Assembly: GCA_050010755.1 (NCBI GenBank)
Contig: JBEKKK010000001.1
Coordinates: 1 to 64,000 of the forward strand
Reading direction: 5' to 3'
DNA length: 64,000 nt
From: Candidatus Bathyarchaeia archaeon
GTDB lineage: Archaea; Thermoproteota; Bathyarchaeia; Bathyarchaeales; Bathycorpusculaceae
In this document: piece after piece, positions 30,487-39,934 of the stretch
Layout of the letters: every line of letters begins with the position of its first letter
How positions within the stretch are numbered: position 1 is the first letter of the stretch
Position numbers and translations under genes: made by a program
Notes under the pieces: generated by a model
The model's database searches: none
The model's input: the letters and a program-made list of their open reading frames with translations, nothing else
Told to the model about the DNA's origin: nothing

Positions 30487-30939
30487 ATGACCGTAACTCC
30501 TGAACAATCCGCAGGTGAACTCCTCGAAGTGGTTCCGATGCTTATGATGGAAATTCGATCCCAGATGCGCAGCCAGGGAGCAACCGACTTGACCATCCCC
30601 CAGTTCCGCACGCTAGCCTTTGTAAATCGCAACCAAGGTTCGCCGCTCTGTAAAGTGGCAGATCACATGGGTCTGACACCCCCCTCCGCATCCACACTTG
30701 TAGACGGCCTCATCAAGCGAGGCATGATGACACGAGAAGACCAACCTGATAATCGAAGACGTGTAAAACTAGTTGTCACAAGCCGCGGGAGCGCCATTAT
30801 GGAGACCTCTCGCCGCGGAACCATGGCATACCTAGCAAAAAAACTGAGCAGCGTAAACGCAGAAAACAGAGAAGTCATCGTCAAAGCAATGGAAACCCTT
30901 CGCTCAGTCTTCACGACTAGCACACCAAAAGGAGCGTAG
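30487..30939 (+). CDS. MarR-family regulator
   Basis: LT.PQF..L, S.LVD.L..RG and D.RR...T..G. Confidence 0.92.
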   Translation: MTVTPEQSAGELLEVVPMLMMEIRSQMRSQGATDLTIPQFRTLAFVNRNQGSPLCKVADHMGLTPPSASTLVDGLIKRGMMTREDQPDNRRRVKLVVTSRGSAIMETSRRGTMAYLAKKLSSVNAENREVIVKAMETLRSVFTTSTPKGA

Positions 30940-31198
30940 CCAAGCAAGACCATGAACACCCTCACGAAACAGCACCACCTCAACCACAGACTCGAAAATC
31001 AAAAACCCGCCCACGAAATCGAGCATTCACGTCAGCCACATGCCCAGCAAAGAGTGACTAGAAGCTGATTCTCGAAATAGTTAACCTAAGCAAGAGGTCA
31101 GGCAGGGCTGCGGCGGTAGATTTCATCAGTTTAGGTGTTCGAGGACGGAATTTTCGCGTGTGCCAACCGTATGGAGAAGAAACGGGTCTGATGGTTAA

Positions 31199-33025
31199 AT
31201 GAGTGTCGCCAAACCGGTGCTAGATTGGATAGCCAAGCTGAAGGTTAAACGGGGCATCCTAGGTTCAGGAAAAGAATTCAGGACCTTCATGAAGTATAAC
31301 AGGCCCTACATCAAGCACTACGCAGTCATGACTGTGATAAGCGGCGTGAGGGCTGCCCTGTTCGCCCTCGAGCCCCTTTACTTGGCCCTTATCATCGACA
31401 AGGTAATCATCGGAGGCCAGTCGGCCCTTCTCCCAGGTCTAGTCCTCTACACGATACTCGCGGTCATGGGCGTCGGACTGTTAACCTTCGCTGAGACGTT
31501 CATGAACAGCTACGTCGCCGAGTGGCAGACAAGAGACATCAGATCGGACTACTTCAAGTCGCTCGAGGAGAAGTCTTTCGGGTTCTTCGACTCCAACGCA
31601 GTCGGCGACCTCGTCTCTCGCGCCACAATGGACCTCCAAGCCGTAAACAATTTCGCCGGCAACTGGCCTACCAGCGTCACCGACTCCGTCTTCGTAATCG
31701 CCGCCTGCCTGCTCGTCATGATTCCAATAAACCCCGTCTTGACCCTGCTGACTCTAGCCCCCATGCCCCTCATTATGTACCTCCAGTTTAGGCAGTTCAC
31801 CCAGGTCCGCCCATTATTCATGAAGATGATGCTCATCCTCGGCAAACTCGGCGCCTACATACACCAGAACATCATCGGCATGAAGAACGTAAGGATATTC
31901 AGGAGGGAGAATGAGATGAAGGATGGCTTCAAGCAGGTAGAGTCGAAGTACGTCGCAACCGCCATCTCCGCCGGAAGGCTGCAGGCCTTCTACACGCCCT
32001 CACCTCAAACAATCCTCCAGATCGGCATAACGTTCGTCTACGTGTACGGCACGAGCCTCCTCCTCGGGCCGAACCCGATCCTCCTCATCGGCAGCCTCAT
32101 ACTATTCGCCACATACATGCAGAGAATTGTCCCTCAGCTCAACTCGTTTGCCAACGTCATCGGTTCATGGGTAAACGCCTCCGCAAGCTTCGAACGAATA
32201 GAAGAGATGGAAGACACCCCAATCGAAGTCAAGGACTCGCCTAACGCCAGAGACATCACAATCGAGCGAGGTGAAGTCGAGTTCAATAACGTCAACTTCG
32301 GCTACACCAGCGGCATCAACGTACTCACTGACATCAGCTTCAAAGCGGAAGCCGGAGAGAAGATAGCCATACTCGGACGCACCGGCTCCGGCAAAACCTC
32401 CCTCATCAACCTCATTCCCAGATTCTACGACGTCAAGTCAGGAAGCATAAAGATCGATGGAGTTGACACCAAGGATTACAAACTCACCTCCCTCCAAAAA
32501 CAGATAGGACTAGTACTGCAAGACGTCCTCCTCTTCACAGGCACCATCTACAACAACATATCCCTCGGCAAACCTGACGCAACCCTAGAAGAAATCATAA
32601 GCGCCGCGAAGCTCGCGAGGATACACGACTTCGTCGACTCCCTCCCCGACAAGTACGACAGCGTGGTTGGGGAGAGGGGCATAACCCTCTCTGGCGGACA
32701 GAAACAGAGGGTAACCATTGCCAGGGCAATCCTGACGAACCCAAAGATACTGATCCTCGACGACTCACTATCCTTCGTCGACGCCAGAACCGAACAGGAG
32801 ATCCAAGAGGCACTTGAGGAGGCGATGAAGGGGCGCACGACCTTCATTATCGCCCAGAGACTCTCCACCATCAAGAACGCTGATAAGATACTGGTCCTCG
32901 AGGAGGGCAGAATCGTCGAATTCGGCACCCACAGCGAACTCATGGCCAAGGCGGGCATCTACAAGAGAGTGTACGAGACCCAGTTCCTCGATAAGACCCC
33001 CGCGTGGGACCTGGAGGCGCCCTAG
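31199..33025 (+). CDS. ABC exporter subunit 1 (TMD plus NBD, heterodimeric MDR type)
   Basis: GRTGSGKT, LSGGQ and degenerate Walker B ILILDD. Confidence 0.94.
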   Translation: MSVAKPVLDWIAKLKVKRGILGSGKEFRTFMKYNRPYIKHYAVMTVISGVRAALFALEPLYLALIIDKVIIGGQSALLPGLVLYTILAVMGVGLLTFAETFMNSYVAEWQTRDIRSDYFKSLEEKSFGFFDSNAVGDLVSRATMDLQAVNNFAGNWPTSVTDSVFVIAACLLVMIPINPVLTLLTLAPMPLIMYLQFRQFTQVRPLFMKMMLILGKLGAYIHQNIIGMKNVRIFRRENEMKDGFKQVESKYVATAISAGRLQAFYTPSPQTILQIGITFVYVYGTSLLLGPNPILLIGSLILFATYMQRIVPQLNSFANVIGSWVNASASFERIEEMEDTPIEVKDSPNARDITIERGEVEFNNVNFGYTSGINVLTDISFKAEAGEKIAILGRTGSGKTSLINLIPRFYDVKSGSIKIDGVDTKDYKLTSLQKQIGLVLQDVLLFTGTIYNNISLGKPDATLEEIISAAKLARIHDFVDSLPDKYDSVVGERGITLSGGQKQRVTIARAILTNPKILILDDSLSFVDARTEQEIQEALEEAMKGRTTFIIAQRLSTIKNADKILVLEEGRIVEFGTHSELMAKAGIYKRVYETQFLDKTPAWDLEAP

Positions 33026-34888
33026 ACGTCGATAGGCACCGGTGGAGGGGGGCCGGGAGGACCCGGCGGGTTCGGCGTCTTCTCGACGCTAGGAGAAGCC
33101 CAAAAGAAGCGAAACACCAGAGACAGGGATCTTCTACTCAGACTTTACAGGTACGCCGTCGCCAACCGCAGAAACTTTATCATGGCAACCATGGCCCTCA
33201 TCGCCAACTCGGCGACAACCGTGATGGTTCCCTTCATGAGTAAGCTCGTGGTGGACGACATAATCACCCCCATGAACATGGCCGGCTTCATCTGGTGGAT
33301 CCCCCTCTTCCTGGCCATAACAGCCGGCTACTACTACACGCAGTACGTTTCAACGTGGCAGATAAGAATCCTCGGCGAGAACACCGTCGCCAGGATAAGA
33401 CAGGACATAATGTCCAAGCTGCAGATCATCTCCCTCAGGTACTTCTCCGAAGGAGAGACGGGGAGAATAATAGCCAGGCCCATCAACGACGCAAACAACG
33501 TCCGGATATTCTTCAGGATGGGGTTCACCAGCATCATACAGAACGCGGGATCCCTCTTCTTAGGCATCGTCATAATATTCTTCCTAAACGTGAGACTCGC
33601 CCTGCTCGCCGTAGCGGTCATGCCCATGGCGGCTATAGCGACCTACTACCTCGGACTGTTGTCGAGGAAATACAACAGGGGCGCCTTCCTCAACACGTCG
33701 GGGATGATCTCAACCATGCAGGAGAGTCTCTCAGGGATTAAGGTCATCAAATCTTTCGTCCAACTCGACAGATTCAACAAACACTTCAACGATGAGCAGG
33801 ACAAAGTCGTGAAGCAGCGGATCCTAGCCGTCCTCGTCTCATCAATCTACCAGCCGGTCGCCTACGCCATCAGAGTCGCAGGAACAGCCCTGGTCCTCTG
33901 GTACGGGGCGATCATGACGATGAACGGCAAGATAACCCTAGGGACATTCGTCGCCTTCACCGCATTCCAGATAATGTTCTTCAACCCCATCCTAGCACTC
34001 GTCCAGGCATACGATCAGTACCAGCAGGCCATGTCCGCAACCGAGAGAATGTTCGACCTCATCGACACAAAACCAGAGGTGGAAGATCCGCCGGATGACA
34101 CAGCAGTTCAGGTCGGAAAGTCAGAGAAGCTCAACTCAGAACACGTCACCTTCGGCTACGACCCCAAGATACCAGTCATAAACGACATCAACTTCGAAAT
34201 AGACCACAACACACCGAAGCTTGCGATAGTCGGACCCACCGGCGCCGGAAAGAGCACCATCATCAACCTAATATCAAGGTTCTACGACCCGCTCAACGGC
34301 AGCATTAAACTGAATGACCAGGACATCAAAAACCTAAGAATCTCCGACCTACGAAGCCACCAAAGCATCGTCCTCCAAGACTCCTACCTATTCCCAATGT
34401 GCATCAGAGACAACATCCGCTTCGGAACGCCAGACGCGACCGATGAAATGGTCATCGAAGCAGCGAAGATGGTAGGGGCCCACGAGTTCATCATGAACCT
34501 CCCCAGAGGATACGACTACATCATCCAAGAGGGCTCTTCAAACATCTCCATCGGCCAGAGGCAGCTGATCAGCTTCGCAAGGGCCATCCTCACCAACCCC
34601 GACATCCTCATCCTAGACGAGGCCACATCCAGCATCGACCCCTACACCGAACTCGTCATACAGAACGCCCTGAAAAACCTGCTATCCAACAGACTAGTCA
34701 TAATCATAGCCCACAGACTCTCAACCATAAGACTCTGCGACGAAATCGTAGTCATCGATCACGGACGCATAGTAGAATGGGGAACCCATGAAGAACTCAT
34801 GAAGGCAGACGGAATATACTCCTCTTTCTACAAGATGCAATTCAAAGAAGAGAAGGGACTCAACATCGACTATGGAGATCCATCCTAG
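33026..34888 (+). CDS. ABC exporter subunit 2 (TMD plus NBD); start uncertain (ACG 33026 or ATG 33182)
   Basis: GPTGAGKS, ISIGQ, ILDEA and IAHRL; the frame is open back to the preceding TAG. Confidence 0.9.
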   Translation, partial: TSIGTGGGGPGGPGGFGVFSTLGEAQKKRNTRDRDLLLRLYRYAVANRRNFIMATMALIANSATTVMVPFMSKLVVDDIITPMNMAGFIWWIPLFLAITAGYYYTQYVSTWQIRILGENTVARIRQDIMSKLQIISLRYFSEGETGRIIARPINDANNVRIFFRMGFTSIIQNAGSLFLGIVIIFFLNVRLALLAVAVMPMAAIATYYLGLLSRKYNRGAFLNTSGMISTMQESLSGIKVIKSFVQLDRFNKHFNDEQDKVVKQRILAVLVSSIYQPVAYAIRVAGTALVLWYGAIMTMNGKITLGTFVAFTAFQIMFFNPILALVQAYDQYQQAMSATERMFDLIDTKPEVEDPPDDTAVQVGKSEKLNSEHVTFGYDPKIPVINDINFEIDHNTPKLAIVGPTGAGKSTIINLISRFYDPLNGSIKLNDQDIKNLRISDLRSHQSIVLQDSYLFPMCIRDNIRFGTPDATDEMVIEAAKMVGAHEFIMNLPRGYDYIIQEGSSNISIGQRQLISFARAILTNPDILILDEATSSIDPYTELVIQNALKNLLSNRLVIIIAHRLSTIRLCDEIVVIDHGRIVEWGTHEELMKADGIYSSFYKMQFKEEKGLNIDYGDPS

Positions 34889-35179
34889 CATCCCTAGAGC
34901 GCACTCGTTCAGTAACCCCACTGTCCAGAAGCGCGCGAATTAGCTATGCAGTAGCTTGTTGGCAACACGCTAATCTACCTACAACTAATCAGCACAAAAA
35001 AGACGGTTCGCGCCCGCCTCCCATGCATTCCAACCTATTTCGTTCTTCAACGCTCCGATGGTTAGGTTGATGGACAAGAAGCTTTTACCAAGATAGATCT
35101 TTACAACAAATTTGCGTGCCCAGTCAAAACATCATGTCGGAAATAGTTGTGTTGAGTTAATCACTTCTGAAATCCACGT

Positions 35180-36019
35180 TTAGCGAGTTGCGAGTCGGAC
35201 AATCAAGTATAAAACGAACACTATGCTGGTTATGAAGAAACTCACCGGATACGGTTCATAAAACGCAATGAATAGTCCCAGCCACGTTGCCATCAATGCA
35301 ATAGCCACGGAGATTATTACGGCGTGCTGCGGTCGTTTTGTCAATCTCTGGGCGATTGCAGCCGGCGTGACCATTAACGAGAAAATGAGAAGCACCCCGA
35401 CTACCTGAACGGAAATCGATGTCGCAACCGCAACCAAGAGCATGAAAATAACGCCGAGCAAGAGCATCGGCATTCCTTTTGCCTCTGCAACATCCTCATC
35501 AAGCGACGCAAACAAGAGCGGCCGATACACAACAGCAATTACAACCAAAATCACCAAGCTGACAAACAATGTCAACAGAACATCGCTACTACTGATGCCC
35601 AGTATTTCCCCGAACAAGATAGAATAGGCTTCCGTCGCATAGCCCGTGTACAGGCTAATAAACAGCACTCCCAAGCCGAGCATGAACGCGAGAACTGTCC
35701 CGATTTGAACATCCCGATTCGCCGCCCGCGGACCAAGCACAGCAATCCCAAATCCGCCGACGCTAGTAAACGCCAAAAGACCGAAAACGGGATTAACACC
35801 CAACAACACGGCGCCTGCAGCTCCAGCGAAACCAATATGCGAAAGAGCATGCGCTGCAAAGGACGAACGACGCAACACCACAAAGTATCCCACTATACCT
35901 GCAATAATCGCGACTATTGTCCCGGCCTCGAAGGCATGCTGCATAAACTGGTACTGAAATATCTGCAGCAAGCCGGCCTGTAAATTAATGCTTAACTCCC
36001 CCATACAATTCATCAGCAT
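35180..36019 (-). CDS. Zn/Mn ABC transporter permease (ZnuB-like; start uncertain)
   Basis: HALSH..FAG, LFG.ILG and VG.LL...L..TPAA.A. Confidence 0.92.
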   Translation of the reverse strand: MLMNCMGELSINLQAGLLQIFQYQFMQHAFEAGTIVAIIAGIVGYFVVLRRSSFAAHALSHIGFAGAAGAVLLGVNPVFGLLAFTSVGGFGIAVLGPRAANRDVQIGTVLAFMLGLGVLFISLYTGYATEAYSILFGEILGISSSDVLLTLFVSLVILVVIAVVYRPLLFASLDEDVAEAKGMPMLLLGVIFMLLVAVATSISVQVVGVLLIFSLMVTPAAIAQRLTKRPQHAVIISVAIALMATWLGLFIAFYEPYPVSFFITSIVFVLYLIVRLATR

Positions 36020-36833
36020 GGTGATCTTCAGTCCCTGTGCCTATTATTGCCACATTGCCCTTGGAATCATGCATAACCTCAACTTGAACCCCGTACAAAG
36101 CCGTGAGACACTCCGACGTCAGAACGTCTTTCGGCCTCCCAGTTGCCACCCTGCCGTTGGCAATATAGATCACGTTATCCAGAAAAGGCAGAAGAGGATT
36201 GATGTCGTGGGCCACCAGAAACGCTGTCACGCTGCGCGATCTAACCACATTGTTGATAAGCTGAACCAATTCCCTCCCGCGCCCAATATCAAGATTCGAC
36301 AACGGCTCATCAAGCAATAATATGCGCGGGTTGCTCACCAACGCCTCAGCCAGAAATATCCTCTGCAATTCACCCCCCGACAACGCATTGAGAGATCGGT
36401 GCGCCAACCCGCCAGCTCCAACAGCTCGCAACGAGTCAAAAGCCACTTCGCAGTCGTCTTGAGAGAATAGGCTGAAACCCCACCGTTTGCCAGAGATCGC
36501 CAGCCGCACCAATTCCAGACATTCAATATTCGTTTCACTGTCAATCATGTGCCGCTGAGGCACGTAACCAATCTGCGGATTGCCACGCCTGGGCCGACCG
36601 TTAAAAATCCTAATAGCGCCGCTGATGGGCTGCTGCAACCCAAGCAGAAGTCGAAACAGAGTTGTCTTGCCCGCCCCGTTAGGGCCTATAACCGCCACAA
36701 ACTCCCCACGACCAACAGCAAAACTAGCGTCACGCCAAACTTCGCGGTCCCCGTAACCAGCCACCACGTTTTCAGCCGTAACAATCCCAGAAGACATCGT
36801 AACCGAAAATTTCTCGGGCTCTACTGCACTCAT
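35985..36833 (-). CDS. Zn/Mn ABC transporter ATPase (ZnuC-like)
   Basis: GPNGAGKT, IGYVPQ, LSGGE and LLDEP. Confidence 0.93.
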   Translation of the reverse strand: MSAVEPEKFSVTMSSGIVTAENVVAGYGDREVWRDASFAVGRGEFVAVIGPNGAGKTTLFRLLLGLQQPISGAIRIFNGRPRRGNPQIGYVPQRHMIDSETNIECLELVRLAISGKRWGFSLFSQDDCEVAFDSLRAVGAGGLAHRSLNALSGGELQRIFLAEALVSNPRILLLDEPLSNLDIGRGRELVQLINNVVRSRSVTAFLVAHDINPLLPFLDNVIYIANGRVATGRPKDVLTSECLTALYGVQVEVMHDSKGNVAIIGTGTEDHHADELYGGVKH

Positions 36834-36848
36834 TAGGCATCGTCACCG

Positions 36849-37769
36849 CTACTGTCTAAGGGCAAGCGCATTCTGAAGACTGATCAATTCTGCGCTCATC
36901 CAATCTTGGAACAAAAGTTCGGGCGGTTGTATGGTTTCTGTCACACCAACCGTCGTGACGTTGTTTTGGGCGGCTAACGCCTTCATATTATCCGTGAGAG
37001 GCGTCACCGTTTGATTATTGTACACTAGCACTCTTAAGCTTCCGCTCTGAAGCTGCTGCTGAAACTCCACCACGCTCTGTGCCGGCGGATCATTTCCTTC
37101 TGACACAGCTTGCATAAACGCAGGAGGAGAGACGAGATCTAGACCCGTCGCATTTGCTAGATACTCAAAGATGCTCTCTGTAGACGCCACTTCGGTGCCT
37201 GCGAATTGCTGTCTGATCTCATCGATTCGCCCGTTATACACTCCGAGCGACGCATTCAGACTAACATACTGTTGATTATAATAGCCTGCATCAGCAGGAT
37301 CAAGAGAAACAAGATCGGAACACATCTGATGCACAGTTTCATTCACGTACGAAGGAGAATACCAAAAATGAGGGTTATCGCCTTCCTTCTTTCCGAGAAG
37401 ATTAGCCACGTTCAACACCTTTTGATTGGGATTATTGCTCGCCGAAATAAGCTTGAGAGCCCAATCGTCATACCCAGCCCCGTTGACGATTACATAGTTT
37501 GCATTTGCGATTGCCCGCGCATCCGTAATGCTGCTTTCATATTCATGAGGATCAGCATTGGGATCCGTAACGATGCTCAATACCTGGACATGCGCTCCTC
37601 CAAGCTGAAGCACCAGACTGCCCCAGAAATTTTCACCAGCAACTATTTGCAACTTTGTTGGAGTTGAACCTGATGTGGATCTATCTAAGATGTAAGAACC
37701 TGTGAGTATAGCTGCAGCCAAAACTACAACTGCCAAGACCACAACGGCCACATACGTGATTTTCTGCAA
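36849..37769 (-). CDS. Zn/Mn ABC transporter substrate-binding protein (ZnuA-like)
   Basis: DPHEYE, NG.GYD and NPHFWY motifs; N-terminal anchor. Confidence 0.92.
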   Translation of the reverse strand: MQKITYVAVVVLAVVVLAAAILTGSYILDRSTSGSTPTKLQIVAGENFWGSLVLQLGGAHVQVLSIVTDPNADPHEYESSITDARAIANANYVIVNGAGYDDWALKLISASNNPNQKVLNVANLLGKKEGDNPHFWYSPSYVNETVHQMCSDLVSLDPADAGYYNQQYVSLNASLGVYNGRIDEIRQQFAGTEVASTESIFEYLANATGLDLVSPPAFMQAVSEGNDPPAQSVVEFQQQLQSGSLRVLVYNNQTVTPLTDNMKALAAQNNVTTVGVTETIQPPELLFQDWMSAELISLQNALALRQ

Positions 37770-37804
37770 TCACAACGCCCTCCACAAATCTTCCTTTAAC
37801 GCGA

Positions 37805-37865
37805 TTATTGATTTCTGTTATCAATAAGACAATATATAAATATTGTTGATTGCCATTATCAATAA
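37805..37865. promoter_or_regulatory. Two Fur/Zur-type boxes flanking a TATA box in a divergent promoter
   Basis: TTATTGAT-N7-ATCAATAA (37805-37827) and TTGTTGAT-N7-ATCAATAA (37843-37865) around ATATATAAA. Confidence 0.78.
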
Positions 37866-37871
37866 GAGAAC

Positions 37872-38297
37872 ATGCCAAAACTGTCGAGAAAGACAAAACA
37901 GAAAGAACTCTTGAAATCGGAAATTGAAAAGATTGATACCTTCTTCACCGCCGACGATTTGCTCAAAAGAATCAAAGAGAAAGACAAAGAAATAGGCATA
38001 GCCACGATTTACAGGTTTCTGAACGAGTTAAAGACTGAAAGAAAAATTCATTGCTATTTTTGTGACGGAAGAGTCACATACTCCAATGACAAAAAGAATC
38101 ACTGCCACTTTGTGTGCATGAAATGTAACAGCTTGACACACTTCGACGTTGACAACATAGACTTCGTGAAGAAGAAGATTGATGGTGAAATGTATCATTT
38201 CCAAATAGAAGTCCATGGAATCTGCAACGACTGTTTAAAGAAAGAATCATCAAGCGCGCGAAACGAAAAACAAACAGTGTCAGGCAAAAATTTTTAG
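37872..38297 (+). CDS. Fur/Zur-family regulator
   Basis: IGIATIYRFL, HCHFVCMKC and GICNDC. Confidence 0.92.
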   Translation: MPKLSRKTKQKELLKSEIEKIDTFFTADDLLKRIKEKDKEIGIATIYRFLNELKTERKIHCYFCDGRVTYSNDKKNHCHFVCMKCNSLTHFDVDNIDFVKKKIDGEMYHFQIEVHGICNDCLKKESSSARNEKQTVSGKNF

Positions 38298-38678
38298 AGT
38301 ATTGTGCCGTAAATCATCTGTCTTAGAATTCTCAGAATTAGCAATCTGAGAAATAACGGCAACCTACGATAAGAAGGGTACAAAACAATCTCCACGTAAT
38401 CTCTAAACAGCATCTGTTTCTTCCTTCTATCTTTTGCCAATCTCAACTGGAACGCTGTTGTATTCAAACCCTGCGGCTAACTCCTTCAATCGTACATCAA
38501 CTACTCGGGCATTCAAGGTACCACGTTTAGCTTCCTTGTTATAGCCATGACGATCATTTTCATTCTCATTCTGTTTCTCCGCGCGCCCATTTCTAATGAA
38601 GCAGCAGAGGAAGCAGCAAAGAAGAAATTCGGCAAAATATGGCTGAAAAGCCAAAAATAAGCTCAAATTTAGGGCCTT

Positions 38679-38786
38679 TGGTGCCGAGGGCCGGGTTTGA
38701 ACCAGCGACGACTCGGTCTTCAGCTTCGCCCCCAACGCAAAGAAATGCGATGAGTCGAGCGCTCTCCCAGGCTGAGCTACCTCGGC
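38679..38786 (-). tRNA. tRNA-Phe(GAA) with a 31-nt intron at position 30/31 (38725-38755); CCA encoded
   Basis: Cloverleaf GCCGAGG..CCTCGGC-A-CCA; removing the intron restores CTCGG-CTGAAGA-CCGAG; full bulge-helix-bulge (CG|A, CGCT/GGCG, AA|G). Confidence 0.93.
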
Positions 38787-39019
38787 ACTCTGGAATACCT
38801 CTGATACTTTACTCAGTTACGTTTTCTCAGAAATATTAATGTATCTTTTTGATAGAAGGCACCAAAGGTCGCTTCTAACAATGTTTTGACTTCTTCCGGT
38901 TTTCCGCCACGTTGAAGGTGACTCATCGTTGGGCGACGCGCTGCTACGGTGCGGCCAGATGTTAGATCTGCGAAAGTTAATCAGTCAAAGCGGAGGAGTA
39001 AATATCAGAGGACTGAAGG

Positions 39020-39934
39020 ATGGCGCAGTATCGCATTGGAACCGGCGGCTGGGCTTACTTCAATGCTCAAGGTAGGTCCTCATTGAAGGCATATTCTAAA
39101 ATATTCAACTTCGTAGAGGTGAATTACACTTTCTACGAGTACCCAACGCAAAGAATGGTCGAACACTGGCGAGGATCAGTTCCGAAAGATTTCACGTTCA
39201 CAGTCCGGTGTCACCGAGACCTCACCCACAGGATCGGTTTGAAACCCGTCGAACATGCGTACAACGTTTTCAACCAGATGATCCAATTTTGCAGAGTCCT
39301 TGAAGCTCCGTTCTTGCATCTGGAAACGCCCAGGAGCTACAGCCTTGAAAAACCCGCCCTGGAACAGGCAAGGGATTTCTTTTCAACAATCAGTCTCAAA
39401 GGTGTACGGCTGGCATGGGAACTGAGAAGCCCAATAACCGAAGAAACTAGCAAGCTAATGCAGAATTTTGGCATAGTGCACAGCGTTGACCTGTCAAGAG
39501 AGCAACCAACCTATGGCTCAGATACGGTGTACACAAGGCTATTCGGAAAGGGCGAACACAACATCTACCAATTCACGGACGAGGAACTCGTTAACATCAA
39601 TCAAAAAATCGCGAAATCGGAAGCCAAAACTGTTATCGCCTCTTTTCACGGAGTCAGAATGAACACGGACGCCTTGAGGTTCAAGCAATACAAAGAATCG
39701 GGAATCTTTCCAACCGTCACACCATTCGTCGGAGCAGAATCCGCCCGTTCAGTCCTACAAGAGGACGCCGTGTTCCCCTCCTCAAAACAAGAACTGATCA
39801 AAGATCAAGGCTGGAAAATTATCGATCTCACAACCGAAAAGAGAGTGCGCCTCTCAGAAAAGCTCGCAGATATCCCCGAAAGAATCTACAACAGCCTAGA
39901 CGAGGTTGTTCAAACGTTGGAGACCAGCTCATGA
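39020..39934 (+). CDS. DUF72-domain protein with C-terminal extension
   Basis: IGTGGW.Y, VEVN.TFY..P and Y.RL.G. Confidence 0.88.
   Translation: MAQYRIGTGGWAYFNAQGRSSLKAYSKIFNFVEVNYTFYEYPTQRMVEHWRGSVPKDFTFTVRCHRDLTHRIGLKPVEHAYNVFNQMIQFCRVLEAPFLHLETPRSYSLEKPALEQARDFFSTISLKGVRLAWELRSPITEETSKLMQNFGIVHSVDLSREQPTYGSDTVYTRLFGKGEHNIYQFTDEELVNINQKIAKSEAKTVIASFHGVRMNTDALRFKQYKESGIFPTVTPFVGAESARSVLQEDAVFPSSKQELIKDQGWKIIDLTTEKRVRLSEKLADIPERIYNSLDEVVQTLETSS

Noticed and set aside
33023-33025. Genome-wide pyrrolysine recoding of TAG
   Set aside because: Many clear genes here end in TAG at their expected C-termini (e.g. rpl15e, hdrA-1, menA operon genes), and no pyl genes are in the window.
38427-38839. 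ORFs 38427-38735 and 38639-38839
   Set aside because: Both overlap tRNA-Phe and have no recognisable motifs.
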